DNA from: Cyanophora paradoxa CCMP329
Lineage: Eukaryota; Plantae; Glaucophyta
Direction of reading: 5' to 3'
Length of the DNA: 64,000 nucleotides
Assembly (NCBI GenBank): GCA_004431415.1
Contig: QPMI01000503.1
Coordinates: 124,001-188,000 of the forward strand
How positions within the stretch are numbered: position 1 is the first letter of the stretch; every line of letters begins with the position of its first letter. Both the position numbers and the translations under genes were made by a program. The notes under the pieces are model-generated. The model was not told where the DNA came from and searched no databases. It was given only the letters and a program-made list of their open reading frames with translations. Shown here one piece after another: positions 1 to 12,951 of the stretch.

Positions 1-178
1 GACGAAAGTTGGACGAAAGTTGGACGAGTTGGACGAAAGTTGGACGAAAGTGGAACGAAAGTTGAACGAAAGTGGAACGAAAGTTGAACGAAAGTTGGAC
101 GAAAGTTGAACGAAAGTTGGACGAAAGTTGGACGAAAGTTGGACGAAAGTTGGACGAAAGTTGGACGAAAGTTGGACG
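1..178. repeat. Tandem 11-bp minisatellite (GGACGAAAGTT)n, about 16 copies, cut by the window start
   Basis: Directly visible; variant units GAACGAAAGTT and GAACGAAAGTG. Confidence 0.95.
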
Positions 179-340
179 TCGTAATCGCAACGTTAACTTA
201 GTAACTCTGATTCCGATCGTAATCGCAACTCTGATTCCGATCGTAATCGCAACTCTGATTCCGATCGTAATCGCAACTCTGATTCCGATCGTAATCGCAA
301 CTCTAGATCTAATTCTGATCGTAATCGCAACTCTAATTCT
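179..340. repeat. Tandem 24-bp minisatellite (GTAATCGCAACTCTGATTCCGATC)n, about 6 copies
   Basis: Directly visible; central copies perfect, outer copies degenerate; no unique spacers. Confidence 0.93.
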
Positions 341-371
341 GCTTTTTCTCTATATCGCTTCAAATTGAAGA

Positions 372-535
372 ATCGTAATCGCAGATCAAAGCTAAGACAT
401 CCTAATCATAGTAATTATGATCGTAATTGCAGATCTAGATGAAGGACGCCCTAGCTAATCGCGATCGTAATCGCAGATCAAAGCTAAGACGTCCTAATCA
501 TAGTAATTATGATCGTAATCGCAGATCTAGATGAA
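372..535. repeat. Two-copy ~72-bp repeat with 92-bp period, sharing the ATCGTAATCGCA core
   Basis: ATCGTAATCGCAGATCAAAGCTAAGAC...GATCTAGATGAAG at 372 and 464. Confidence 0.85.
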
Positions 536-574
536 GTACGACCTAGCCCTCAGCCTAGAAAGTGCAAGTTTTGC

Positions 575-2158
575 TCAGCACGCGGTTTGGCATGCTCTCG
601 GCACAATGAAAATCTCATGTTCAACATGTATGAAACCTTGCACAGCTACCGCATCGCTCGAACAGGGCGAATGCCAGTATGCGTAGCATGGGACTTCATT
701 CCCAGTGCAGGAGATGCACGGACAAGCTGAGCAGGGGGTGATGGCGCCCGCTTGGTCCCGCCGATATCGGCTCTTAGCTCTCAGCTCCCAGCCCGCCGCA
801 ACCGGTACCGTGATTACGATCGTACTTCGGATCGTAATAGTAATCGTTCTCTGCTGCATAGCTAGAAGGGCCTTGCATAGGCCGCCAAAAGGACCCCTTG
901 CATTCAGTTTAATGTGAAGTCTCCGAAGAAGGTCGAGCTTGAGGGAGACGAGACTTTCCAGCGCCTGCTTGCCAACCTGCAGACAGTCATTTGGAAGGCA
1001 CTGGGGGCCAGAGGCCAGAGGAAATTAAACGGGCTACCTTTATGGACAGGTCCTCAAGCTTTGGGAGGTGCCCTTCTGCAAAGGCCTTCATGGCGGCAGG
1101 GCCAACTTCTCCGTGAAACATGTGCAGCTCCCGGAGCTCGGACAGCATAGGGATAGCCACGTTCTTTGGTGGGTAATGAATCCGAAGATGTGTCAAAGGA
1201 AGCAGCATCAGCTTCTGCAGAGCCTTTCGATTGCCACAAAGTTCGTTTAGCTTGAGGGACTGGAGCTTTGGAAGTGCACGTGCAATGTAGCCCAAGTGAT
1301 GTTCTTTAATCTCCACTGATTCAGGGAGAGTCAACACTTCGAGCTCTGAGAAAATAGTGAGAGAAAGAGGCAAGAGGATGGAGCAAGAACAGGAGTATGG
1401 AGAGGATGCATGCACACGTGGGAAAGGACTGAGGAGAGCGTACAGCTGCTTGGTCATGTGTCCATCACGGCATCTTACATCCGGGAAGTCGAACTCCCCG
1501 GCATCTTACATCCGAGGAAAACCTGCATTGGTAACGTCTAAAGCACCTGTGCAGGCTCCGACGAACAGCTCCTCATACCAGTTTTGGTTGTCGTAACTGT
1601 CATCCTCATCCTCACTGTCATCTTCGCTTGCCTCCCATCTTCCGAATGCACAAATGCTGACGGAAGCCAGGGGGCTAGCATGCGCGAGAGTGCCGAGCAC
1701 GCGAAGGGCAGCCTCGCCGCATATTGTGCCACGGAAGAACCAGCAATTGATGTAAAGATCGAGCTCCAGACGCTCGACACCGGTGACAAGTCCAGCGCGT
1801 GCTGCACCAGCCATTGCCTCCAGCTGCAGCTGCATCTTGAGCTGTTCTGCTTCGAGCTCTTCCGCGCTCACAGGGATGCCGCGAAAGCTGATCGTGCCCC
1901 ACTTGACGGCGCCAGACTTGAACAGGCGGTAGAGCCGTCTCGACACCATCCAGAGACGCGACTCGCAGATCGCCTCGACCGAGCCGACGTTCTGTATGAT
2001 TATGGGCAAGGACTCGAGCGCATTGATAACACAGGCATGCTCAGCTGCGCGCTCAGCGCGCTCAGCTCGAGCGCGCTCAGCTGCTCGTCGGAAGCCGGCT
2101 CGGGCTCGATGCGAGCGCGCTTGCACGCAGTTTCGGTATCCGCTTCATCCTCGGCCAT
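575..2158 (-). pseudogene. F-box-like / leucine-rich-repeat protein, apparently frame-disrupted
   Basis: ATG at 2158 (MAEDEADTETACKRARIE); F-box-like LPIIIQNV...RLWMVSRRLYRL in another frame; LRR-like units (ELEVLTL, ALPKLQSLKL, LPLTHLRI, LSELRELHM, LPKLEDLSI); frame breaks near 2040 and 1500; 3' end uncertain. Confidence 0.5.
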
Positions 2159-2475
2159 AGCGCGAGCGCGCCCAAAGATCCGGGGCCTGACGAAGTTGAG
2201 AAGTGCGAGCATGACGTCCGCAGCCGGTCCAGGTGTCAGACTATGCCAGCTGTGCCAAAGGAGGTCAGCGCGCGCGGCGTACGCGGCCGAGCGCGCGCGG
2301 CGTACGCGGCCGAGCGCCGCGGCCAAGGCGAAATCGCGCACCGACGCTCTTCCGGTTTGCTGCCTCATGCCGTTCGCACCCCGAGCAAGAGGCGCACCCG
2401 ACTGCCGCCGTCCGAGCTGCAGCGCGGCAAAAGTTTTTTCGCGCAAGGGGGGTACCGTCACGACGCGCTGCAAGA

Positions 2476-5400
2476 ATGCGGGCGTTCAACGTGCCGCCGG
2501 AGGCGGTGCAGGCGTCCCCGGTGCGGGACGTTGTATTGTCAGCGCCCAGTGGAGCCCCCGGTGCGACGGATCAGATTCCCAAAATTCAAACGAACGCGCG
2601 CTCCCGCCCTCGCTGACCCGGCGCCCTCAGGCGTCGCTGTGCGTGTGAAAAGGCTGCAGCAGGAGCCTTCTGTTGTCGTGCGGCAGGCCGGGCCGCAGCC
2701 GGCGGTTGTCGTGCAAGTCCCTGCCGCGGTCAGAATTCCATCTCGCTTCCGGCTCCACGCCGGGCCGGGCCCCTCTCGCGCTGACGTCTTTGACACCTCA
2801 GAATGCACCTGTGCTTGCAGCTGGCGCGCGCCCGGCGACAGTGGCCCCGGAAGCGCAGGCCGTGCCGAAGGTCGACCGCGCTCCCCCGCGGGAAGCCTGC
2901 GGCGGCGTCTCTGACATTGTTCTTCTTGCAGCCTTTGAAACGTACGCAAGATCAGCCGGAGACGCGCCGCGCGGCGGCATCTGCCCAGGAGCGCGCGGCT
3001 GCCAGGAATTCAAAACCGTGCGCGGCCGCTCGCGCCTGGAGTCCGGCGCAGCAGACAAACAGCGCGAGCTTCTCGCAGGCGCTCCAATGCCGATCGCTCG
3101 CCTCCCCCGTCGAGGCGCGAGCGCTGCGAAGAACGGTCCCCGGAGGGGCGCCGGCGCCCGGATCCGGCGTCCAGCCCGCCAGCGACGTCGGCGACGCTGA
3201 GCCCGGGCCCCGGCGACACGAGCGCGCAGTCCCGCAAGATCGGTGAGCCCGAGAGCCCGCCTCGCTCGAGGGGGCGCCCACCGCCGCGCAGACATGACCC
3301 CGACGCTGGCGCTGCGGGCCCTCGACGCGGAGAGGCAGCAGAAGCGCGAGCAGGAGGAGCTGCTCAAGCGTCGAAAGGGTGCAGAGGCTCTGCGCGCTTG
3401 TTCTTCCCCCGCCTCGCGCGACCGGAGCGAGCGCAGAGACTGTGGAGAAGCTGATGCAGACCGTGCGGGAGCGGAACCAGCGGGCCCTCCGCCTGCTCCA
3501 GCGCTCGCCGGGCGCCGATCCGGAGCAGAGCGACGAGGACGAGACGGGGGGGTACCTCGCCCTCGCGGAGCGCCTCGCGCGAGAGCGGTGCGCCCTCCGC
3601 GCGCGATTTGATCCGGCCGAGGCTGACGCGCGCGCAGCTCCGCCTCCCCTTTGACGGCGGCGGCGATGGCGGCGCGCGGGGACAGCGCCGGCCCCTCGCC
3701 CGCCCGCCCGACGGCGGCCGACGTGGCCGAGGCGTCGCACCGCCTCTTCGCCCGCGCGATGCCGAAGGGGGGCGCCCCCGCCGAGGGCGACATCGTCCCG
3801 GCCCCGCGGCCCGCCACCGCCCCGGCGCCCGCGATGACCGGCGGCCGCCTGCGGCGCGCCGGCCCCGCCCGCCGCTCGCCTCCGCCGGCGCGGCCCGCGC
3901 CGCTCTCGCGGAAGCGGGCGCCTCTGGACTTTGACGAGGCGGACGGGGCCCAGGCGGCCAGGGACGGCGCCCGCGCCTCGGCAGAATGGGAGCCGGACGT
4001 CATCCCGGCCCCGCGGCCGCCCCGCCGCCCCGGCCCGCCCCCGCCGCCGCCCCTCCGCCCCCGCCGCCCCCGCCGGCGCCGGCCCCGCGGGGCACCACCC
4101 GAAGCCCCGGCCCTCGGCCGCGGCCGCGGCGCAGGGGAAGGGTAAGGGTGCGGCCCCGAGGAGCGGGGCGCGCGGCCCCGGCCCGCGACGGCCCCAGCGC
4201 CCACCAAGTCCCCTTCTTCCGCCCTCGCGCCGGCGGCGGCCTCAGGCGGCGCCCCGGGGGCGTCCGCGCCCCTCTCCAGGGCCCGCCGGCAGCTCTTCGG
4301 TGCGGAGGGCGGGGCCCCCGCCGGCTCCGCGACGGCGGCGGCCTCGCCGGGGCGGGCGTCGGCCCCGCCGCGAGGAAGCCGGCGGCCTCCTGGGAGGACC
4401 TCGTTCTCCCCGACGACAGCTCGGAGGCCGGGCCCGGGCCAGCGCCGCCGGCCCCGGAGCCCTCTGCCTCGCCCGAGAGGCAGGGCCGCGGCCGCGACCG
4501 CGCCAAGGAGAACGCGCCGCCGCGGCAGCCGGCGGCCGCCCCCACGAAGGAGAGGGCGCAGCCAGCGGAGGCCGCTGAGCCCCCCCGGAAGAAGTACGAC
4601 GCCGATCAGGTCAAGGTGCGGGCCCGCGGCTTCCGTCCTCGTCGGCCGCGCGGAACCCTTTCGGCGCAGGCGTTCATGGCGCGGAAGCGGGAGGAGGACC
4701 GCCGCAAGGAGCGCGAGGCGAAGGAGCGGCGCGAGCGCAACCGGCGGCGCCTGGCCGAGACTCTGAAGGTCCGTCCCCTCCGAATCGGATCCGGAGGACG
4801 CCCGGGGCCGATCCGAGGGCGCAGGGACTCGGGGAGCGGAGCCGGCGCATCGCGGCGGCGTCAGCGGCCCGCCGGCAGCAGCTGCGCGACAACGGGGCGC
4901 TGACGGGCAGCGAGAGCGAGGGGTACGCCAGCGGCCGCAGCGGCCGCAGCGGGCGGCGGCGCTCGCCGTCGGCCACGCGCGCCCCGCCGCCGGTCCTGTC
5001 GACCCTCGCGGCGGCGGCCGCCGAGCTGGAGGAGGGGCTCCGGGCCTCCCTGGGGCGCGAGGGGGCTCCCGACCCCCTCGTCGCCCGCGCCGTCGTCCGC
5101 GCTCGGAACGCCCTGAAGCTGGTGCCCCGCCCGGCACCCGAGCCCCGTCCCCGTACCCCCTGACAGGCCTCAGGTGAACGACTACGTGCACGAGCACGGG
5201 CTGGACGGCCTGGACGAGGAATCCGTACCCCTGCGGCGGGCCCGGCAGCAGCAGCGGCGGCCCTCGGCCCCCGCCGCGCCGCGCACCCGGGGCTCCTCGG
5301 GCCCGTCCCGCTCCGCCTCGCGCTCCAAATCGCCCGCCGCGGTGCGGCCCGGCGCGATCCGCCGCCGCTTTCCTCCGCCCCTCTGACCGCCCGCGCAGGC

Positions 5401-8400
5401 CGCCCCGCCCCAGCGCCGCGCTCGCAGCGCCGGGCCCGTCCCGACCCGCGGCCAGCGCCCGGCCTCCCGCCCCGCCGGCCCCTCGCGGCAGCAGCCGGCC
5501 GGCCGCCTCTCCCGCTCGGGCCCTCCCTCGCCGGAGCGGCCGCCGCGGGCGCGCCCCGCCGAGCCCCGCACGCCCCCGCCGCCGGCGGCGCGCTCCTGGC
5601 TCTCGTCGGAGGCCGCCGCGCTGGACGCGCGCGACCGCATGCTCACCGAGAGTCTCGAGTGGCTCCTCCGCCGCTCCGGTGACTCCGGGCTGGTCTGCCC
5701 CCGCCCGCCCCATCCCCACTCCACCGCCGCCTGACGCCGCCGCAGCGGGAGCTGCTGAGCTCCGCCCGCTGGAGCCCGCTGCGGGCCCTCCAGTCCCGCT
5801 GGAGCCCGCCCCGCACGGTCCCCACCGTCCCGCTGAGCCCGCCCACCGCGAGCGGGCCCTCGTCCGCCCGCGTGCGCCCCGCCCCACCCCGCCTCGCCTC
5901 GCCGGCGCCGCCCGGCCTCCGCCCTGAGCGCCCGCAGACGGCGGCCTCGGCGGAGGTTCAGGGCGGGGCGGCCATCGTCATCCAGTCGGCCCTCCGCTCC
6001 TTCCTCGCCCGCAGACGCGCCCACGAGGTGCCGCCTCCCCTCGCGTCCAGCGCGCGCCGCTCTGCTGACGGCGCCACGGCAGCCCGAGCCCGCGCCCCGC
6101 TTCGCCCTGGCGCGCCCGCCGCCCCGGGCGGCGCCCTGCCCCCGCCCGCCCCGGCGCCGGCGCCGGCATCGGCACTGGGGCGCCAGACGGCCCGCGCCGC
6201 GCCGCCGGCCGACGAGGCCCGCCGGTGCGCGGCTCGCTTCGCGGCTCTCCTCCTCCGCATCCTGAGCTCTAAGCGGGCGGTCGCGCGCGCAGGGCCGTGG
6301 GCGCCGCGGTGGCGGCCATCCTGGCGAAGGGCGAGTCCCGGGAGGCCGCCGTCCAGACCTTCGAGACCGCCCTCGCGCCCCGCTGGGGTACGCCTTTCTC
6401 GGGCTCCGAGGACCGCGCCCCGCTGACCCTCTTCCGCGCCCGCAGTCGACCGGGGGACGGCGACGAGCCCCGACGCGGTGCCGCCGCCGATGCACTCGCC
6501 GCCACGCCGCCCCGCCCCGGTGGCCGTCCCCTCCGCAGCCCCGGCATTCCAGCCCTCGGCGCCCCGCGCCGAGCCGCCGTCGCCCGAGTCCCCTAACGCC
6601 CGCCGCCGGCACCGCCGCGAGGGCCGCGCCACCTCGCCGCCCCCGCCCCACCCCGCCGCCCCGCCCCGCGGCCGCCGCCGCCGCTCGGATCCCGCCCCCC
6701 GCCCCCCTGGTCGAGGGTACATGCCCCGCCGGGAGCCGACGCCCACGTACACGTCGTACCCCTCCGACCTGAGCTCCCTGGAGCCCTCGCCGGCCTCGTC
6801 TCTCGCGTCGGACGCGTTCTCGTACCCCCCGGCACCGGTCTTCCAGCGCGCCGCGCCGCGCCGGCTGCTCCTCCCCGTCGAGCTCAGCGCCTCGCTCGAG
6901 CGGCCGGAGCCGGCCTCCGCCTCCGCCGCCGCAGCCGCGGCGAGGCGGGCCGGCGAGGCGCCGGCGGCGGCGCTGCCCGCCCTGCGGGAGGCCGAGGAGC
7001 GCCTGGCGACCGTCCTCCCACGCATCGCCCGCGCCCTGGACGCCCTCGGGCACGCCCCGCCCTCCGCCGCCGGCCCCCGCTTCAGCACCCTCGCCCTCCG
7101 CCCCGCCTCGCCGCCCCGCGCCGCCGCCGCCGCCGCCGCCGCCCGCGCAGAGGCCGCCGCGGCCCGCGCGGAGGCCCCGCCGCCGCCCCAGCAGCGCCGG
7201 CGGCGGATGCTCCGATCGACTACGGCGGCGTCATCGCTGCGGCGCAGAAGCGCCTCACCGATCTGCGCGCACGCCTCCTCACGAGCCCCTACACGCTGCC
7301 CTCGCCCAGCCGGCCCAGCCGGCCCCGCGCGCCCCCGCCGCGGCCCCGCCCTCGCCCCCGCTCCGGCCCCGGCCCCGGCCCGGCCCCAGCCGCGGCCTAC
7401 GCTTCGGCTCCTGCGGCTGCCCCGGCGCCGGCCCGGAAGGACCTGGCGGCCGAGGAGGAGGAGCTCAGGAAGCAGCTCGCAGTGCGTCCAGCCTCGCCCC
7501 TCGCCCTCCCCTCCCCCTCTGACGCGTGCCGCCGCCGCAGGAGACGGAGCGCGCAATCGCGCGGGACCGCGGCTGGCTCGCCGCCGCCCCCGCCGTCCTC
7601 GCCCCGCCCCCGCCGCCGCCCCGCCCCCGCCGCCGGCGACGCCTCGTCCCTCTCCTCCGCCTCGGACGCGGACCGGTCGGCGTCGGAGGCGGAGGCGCGG
7701 CCGGCGCCGGCGGCGGCGGCGCGGCCTGCCGTGGCGCTGCTGCCGGAGGCGGAGGCTGGCCCGGACCCCACCCTCGAGTCGTCGGCCCTCTTCCCGCCCG
7801 CCCCGCCCCGCCCGCCCCGCCCTCGCCCCGGGCCCGCCCCGCGGCCCTCCCCGGTCCGTGCCCCGCCTCGCCCCGTTCCTCTTCCCGCGCCATCCGAGGG
7901 GGCGCCGCGCCGCGCCGCAGTTGCTGGAGGGCGACGTGGGGCGCTACCTGCAGACGCCCACGCCGGAGATGACGGCGCTGACCCGCGGCCTCCTACGCGC
8001 CGCGGAGGGCGCCCTCTCTTCCCGCGTGCGTGGGTCCCTCCGCCCCGCCCCGCCCCGCCCCGCCCTCCCTCACGCGCCCCGACCGCAGGGCGCCTCGTCG
8101 GCCACCACTCCGGCCTCGTCCTTCGAGGGACCCTCCATGCGGGCCCTCACCCTCGCCCCGCCGGCGCCCGCGCCGCCCGCGCCGCAGCCCCCGCCCCGGC
8201 GCCGGCCCCGGCCCCGCGCCCCAGGCCGCGATTTCGCCTCCGCCGGCCGCGGCGGCGCCGGCCCCGGCGATCCGCCTCCCGCCCCGGTACCAGCAGGCCG
8301 CCCAGCAGGGGTACCGCGCGCCGGCCGCCGCCGCCGCCGCCGCCGCCGCGCCGCCGGCGGAGCCCAAGCCGGCGGCGCACGAGCCGGCGCGGGTGCCGTC

Positions 8401-11400
8401 GCGCTGGGACGACCTGCTCGTCTCCTCGTCCTCCTCGTCCTCCTCCTCGAGCCGCGGGGGCCGGGCGAGCAGCGCGGGGCTCGCGGAGGTCTCCGCCACC
8501 GCCGGCGCCGCCGGCCGCCTCTCCCTCAACGACCTCGAGGACTCCGACAGGGAGGAGGCGGAGGAGGTGGAGGAGGACGGGGGGGTAGACGAGCTCGAGG
8601 AGGAGGAGGAGGAGGAGGCGGAGGCGGAGGCGGAGGGGGCGCGGGACGAGGGGCGCGGGCTGGAGCTGGAGGAGGAGAGCGAGGACGACCTGAACACGGG
8701 TCGCCCTCCAAGCGCCTCCGCCACCTCCGCCGCGCCGCTGGCCTTGCCCCCGCCCCGCCCCCGCCGCCCCGCCGGCCGCCCCGCCTGCGGCCCCGCCGGC
8801 GGCGCCGACGCCCGTCCCCACGCCGCTGGCGACCCCGCCCTCCTCGCGGCGGGCGCCCCCGGCGCACCAGCAGCACGAGGCGGGTCCGCTGGCGACGCCG
8901 CCGCCGCGGGCGGGGCCCTCGTCGCCGGGCTCAGGCGGGGCCTCCTTCGTCACGCCGCAGCCGCAGCCGCGGCACGACGACTCGTTCGACTCGTTCCCGG
9001 CGGGGGCGCGGCGGGGCCGGCCCGGGGCGACGCCCTTCCCGCCCCGCGGCGCCGCCTCGTCGGACGCCTCGCTCGACATTGACGAGGTCGATGTGACCCT
9101 CGAGGAGGAGGAGGAGCCGGCGGCTGCCCCGGCCCCGGCCCAGGAGCAGGAGCAGGAGGAGGAGGAGGAGGAGGAGGCGGGGAACACGTCGCTGCTCTTC
9201 ACCGCGGCGCGCGCCGCGGGGCCCCCGCCCGGCGCCTGCGGCGGCGGCCGCCGCTGCGCGCGGCGAGACGAGCATCGGGGCGCTCTCGTCCATCGACGGC
9301 GCCCACAGCGGCTCCGACCGCGCGGAGCACTCGGCGGCGCGCCTCCTCCTCCTCCTAGGAGCCCCTCCTGGCGTCGCCCCGCCCTTACACGCCCCCCGCA
9401 GGTCTCGGCCTCGGTGCTGGAGTCCCTCGAGCGCGCGCCGCTCGGGCTCTTCGGGTCGCCCCTCTCGCCGGCCCCGCCCCGCCCGCCCGCCGTCGTCCCC
9501 GCGGCCCCCGCCGCGGCCCCGGAGGCGGCCCCTGAGGAGGAGGAGGAGGAGCCGCCCCGGCCGCTCTGGAGCCGCGGCCGGCCGCAGCCGCCCCCGCCGA
9601 GGAGGAGGAAGAGGAGGAGGAGAAAGAGGAGCCAGCTCGGAAGCCCGCCTCTCCGCCCCTGTCGAAGCCCGTCTCTCCGCCGCTGCCCAAGCCCGTCTCG
9701 CCGCCGGCGCCGGCCGCCGCGGCGGGGCCGGGGCCGGGCTCGCCGGGGGCCGCGTCGGAGGCGAGCGGGCCCTCGGAGGCCGCCGAGGTCGTCGACGAGG
9801 AGTCGGTGCGCTTCTTAACGATCCCAGGGGGCGGGGCGGGGCGGGCCCGGGCTCACGAGAGGCGGCGCAGGTGATCGAGGAGGGCTCCCTCGTGGGCGCC
9901 GAGACCTCCGACGACGACGAGGCGGCGGCCGCTCCGGCGATGCCGAAGCCCGCAGCGGCTGCGGCCGCGCCGCCGGCGCAGCCGCCGCTTTCGCCCGAGG
10001 CGCTCTCGTCGACGCCGACGCCCAAGCAGGAGGAGAAGCTCTGGGAAATGTCCTCGGTGCGCCTTAGGAGTCAGGCCGGGCCCGCGGCCGCCCCGGCCTG
10101 AGCGGGCGGCGTCGCGCAGGGCATGGAGTCCGAGCCGTCCCCGACGGGCAAGGGCGGCCTGCGCGGCCGCATCCAGGAGGCGGCCGCGGCCGCCGCTGCC
10201 GCCGCGGAGCGCGAGGAGGACGAAGAAGAAGAGGAGGAGGAGGAGGCGCCGCCGCCGGGCCCCGCGGAGCGCTCCTTCGCGAGCGAGGTCTCCGGCTCGG
10301 GCGCCGGCGCCTCGTCCGTCGCGGACGAGGTGGAGGAGGTGGAGGAGGACGTCGCTGGCGCGGTGCGGCCTCTCCCTCCCGCCCTCCCTCCGCTGTCTCT
10401 GAGAGGGCGGGCGGGGGCAGGATGCCTTCCGCTCGGGCCGCTCCTCCTCCGCCGGCTCGGGCTCCGCTGGCGGCTCCCTGGGCCTCGAGGTGCGCCGAAG
10501 GCCGGGCCCCGCCCTCGCTTTCCGTTGCACGCGCCGAGCCGGGCCGCGCGCAGCAGCTCTCGGTGAGCGGCGGCTCCGGGCCGGCGTCGTCGATGGCGGG
10601 GCCCGTGCGGGGCCGCCAGCTCGCGCTGCCGACCTCCCCGACCGAGGGCCCCCGCGGCCGCTCCCGCCTCCTCGTACCCATCTCCATCACCGGCATTCCC
10701 TCCAGGCCCGCCCCACGGCCCCGCCCCGCGCCGCCCCGCCCCGCACCGCGCGCCCTCTGACCCCCGCGCAGCCCGGACGCGTCGGTCTCGCCCATGCGGG
10801 AGCGGCCGCTGCTCTCGCCGCGGGGCGCCGACGACCACTGGCCGAGCGAGGCGCTGCTCCGCGAAGCGGCCTCCCACCACCGCGCCCCCGCCGGCCTCGC
10901 GCCCGGCGCCGCCGCCGCCGCCGGCGCGGGGCCCGAGCGCTCGCCGACAGCGGCGCGCCTCTCGCCGCCGCCCTCGCCGCCGCGCCTGCGGCCGACGGCG
11001 GTGCGGGCCTCGCCGAACCGGCGGCTGGCGGGCGAGCAGCTGGTCGAGGAGCTCCTCACTGAACTCGTCAGCGACGCCGTCTCCTCCGCCGCGCCCCTCG
11101 CCCTCGCCCGCCGCGCCCGCGCCGCCGCCCCGCGCCGGCCGCCCCGCGGCTCGGCCCCTCCAGTACGTGGGGGCCTCCTGGGCTCGGACGCCCCCGCCGT
11201 GCTGCCCCCGCCGGCCCCCACTCCCCGTCTCCTCCGCCGCCTCCTCGCCCGCCGCCGCGCCCCTCTCCCCGGCCCGTCGGTCGGCTCCCCCGTGCCCTCC
11301 CGCCCTCGGCCGCCCCCGGCCCGCCGCCTGGTCCTCCCGCTGGGCGCCGCGGCCCCGGAGTCCCCATGAGCCCGCCCTCGCCCCCGGGGCCTCCCTCCTC

Positions 11401-12120
11401 GGCTCCCTCCCCCCGTCCCGGCGCCCGCGCCGCGGCCCCTCGGCGGCCGCGCAGCAGCGGATCCTCTCGCCGGGTGTGCCCGGGGGCGGCCCCGCGGCGC
11501 TGCACCCGCCCATCCACGCCGACGCGGCGTACGCGGAGGACTTCGCGCGGGCGCTGCTGAAGGAGCGCGCGGCGGCGGCGGCGGCCGGCGGGCCGCTCCC
11601 CGCCGCGGCCTTCCGGCGGGTGCAGGAGGCGCGCGGCGTGGCGGACGCGCACCAGCAGACCTTCGACCGCGCCCTCTTCGACGCCGCGAACGCCGTCCTG
11701 GCGCCCCCGCGGCCCAAGGGCCCCGCCGCGCCCCTCTTCCACCCGCGCCGCGCCGAGGAGGGCCCGCGGGCCGCCGCGCGGCCCAAGTCGCCCGCCTCGG
11801 AGCTGGAGGCGGTGGCGGCGGCGCTGCGGGAGTGGCTCGCGCAGCCGTCCCGCCCCCTCGACGAGGCGGTCCGCGCCGAGCTCGAGGCCGCCGACGGCGA
11901 CCGCGAGTGGGTCAGCGCCCCCCGCCCCGCCCCGCCCCGCCCCGCCCCGCCTTCGATCTCTTGAGCTTAATTTCGGGGGCGCGTGCAGGGCGCGCCGGCG
12001 GCGGAGGAGGCGGCGCTGGCTGCAGAGGTCGGCGACGCAATCGCCGCGGATCTCGTGGCCGAGGCGGCCGCCTGGCTCGCAGCCCGCCCGCCCCGCGCCC
12101 GGCCCCAGCACGCGGCCTAG
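2476..12120 (+). CDS. CEP350/CAP350-like centrosomal scaffold with C-terminal DUF4378/TRM-type motifs and an IQ motif; multi-exon
   Basis: Spliced KKYDADQVK|AFMARKREEDRRKE (~4590-4770) resembles the CEP350 YDADEVRQYI..QQEER segment; IQ motif AAIVIQSALRSFLARR (~5968-6016); C-terminal FDRALFDAANAVL and EW|...EVGDAIAADLVAEA, stop TAG at 12118-12120; start exon inferred. Confidence 0.7.
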
Positions 12121-12951
12121 CGCCCCCGCCCATCGTCCGCCTTGCTCTCTGTAAATCAGCTAGATCGTCTCCAGCTAGAATGTAGCTTGCTTCGAAATCG
12201 ATCCGATGTTCGAATCAGGTCAGAAATGCCATGCCGAGTTCCCGCGGGATGCCGGCTGCAGGCTGCAGGCTGGCCGTGGCCGCCGGGCGCGAAATTAAAG
12301 TTTGCGAACTTCGGAAAGAAAGCGGGCCTGAGCTCGAGGCGTTAGCTATAGCCTATAGCCTAGTAGCGTTCACAAACATTTAATTGACATTAAACTCGAG
12401 CCCTGATCAGCATCATCAGCCTGGCAGAGGCTCTCAGAGTCTGATCTGATGATTATGACAGACTCTGATCGTGATTTTCAGGGATTGGGAGTCCCTCGAG
12501 CTCGAGGCAGGGGCACTGCAGCTGCGGCAGGTCTAGGTGGATTGATAACATGATCATGACGTCGACCCGCGATATCGATCGTAACGTGTACTTGCAATTG
12601 GTGCAAGTTGACGAATATACTTTAGTCGACACTCAACAAATTAAATGCTAGCGCTCAGAACTACAGTAATAATTGCGATTGCACTACAGAAATGATCACC
12701 GGATAAGATAAACGCCCTGACTCAGTGACATTGACGATGCGTACATTGACGATGTTGCATGAAAAACAAAAATGCAAGAATGCGATGGCTAATGCGCTAC
12801 AGCTACCTAATGCAAGTACTTCGTCAAAATTCGAAACTCAGCAATTCGCAAAAACGGAGCTGATTTCACGTGCAATGAACAGCAACTTCCAGGTGCATAT
12901 GCAGAAATGATTGCACGTGCAATGCACGACGCGCCTACTTGCCCGGCCCTC

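Noticed and set aside
1-178. Hammerhead ribozyme or telomere repeat (GGACGAAA)
   Set aside because: No CTGATGA core or stems, and it does not match a telomeric motif I recognise
179-340. CRISPR array
   Set aside because: The repeats are contiguous with no unique spacers, there are no cas genes, and the context is eukaryotic
2798-11786. Long R/G/A/P-rich ORFs on both strands (e.g. 1029 aa, 872 aa, 623 aa)
   Set aside because: Stop-poor shadow frames of GC-rich DNA that read through introns; conserved motifs appear only after plus-strand splicing
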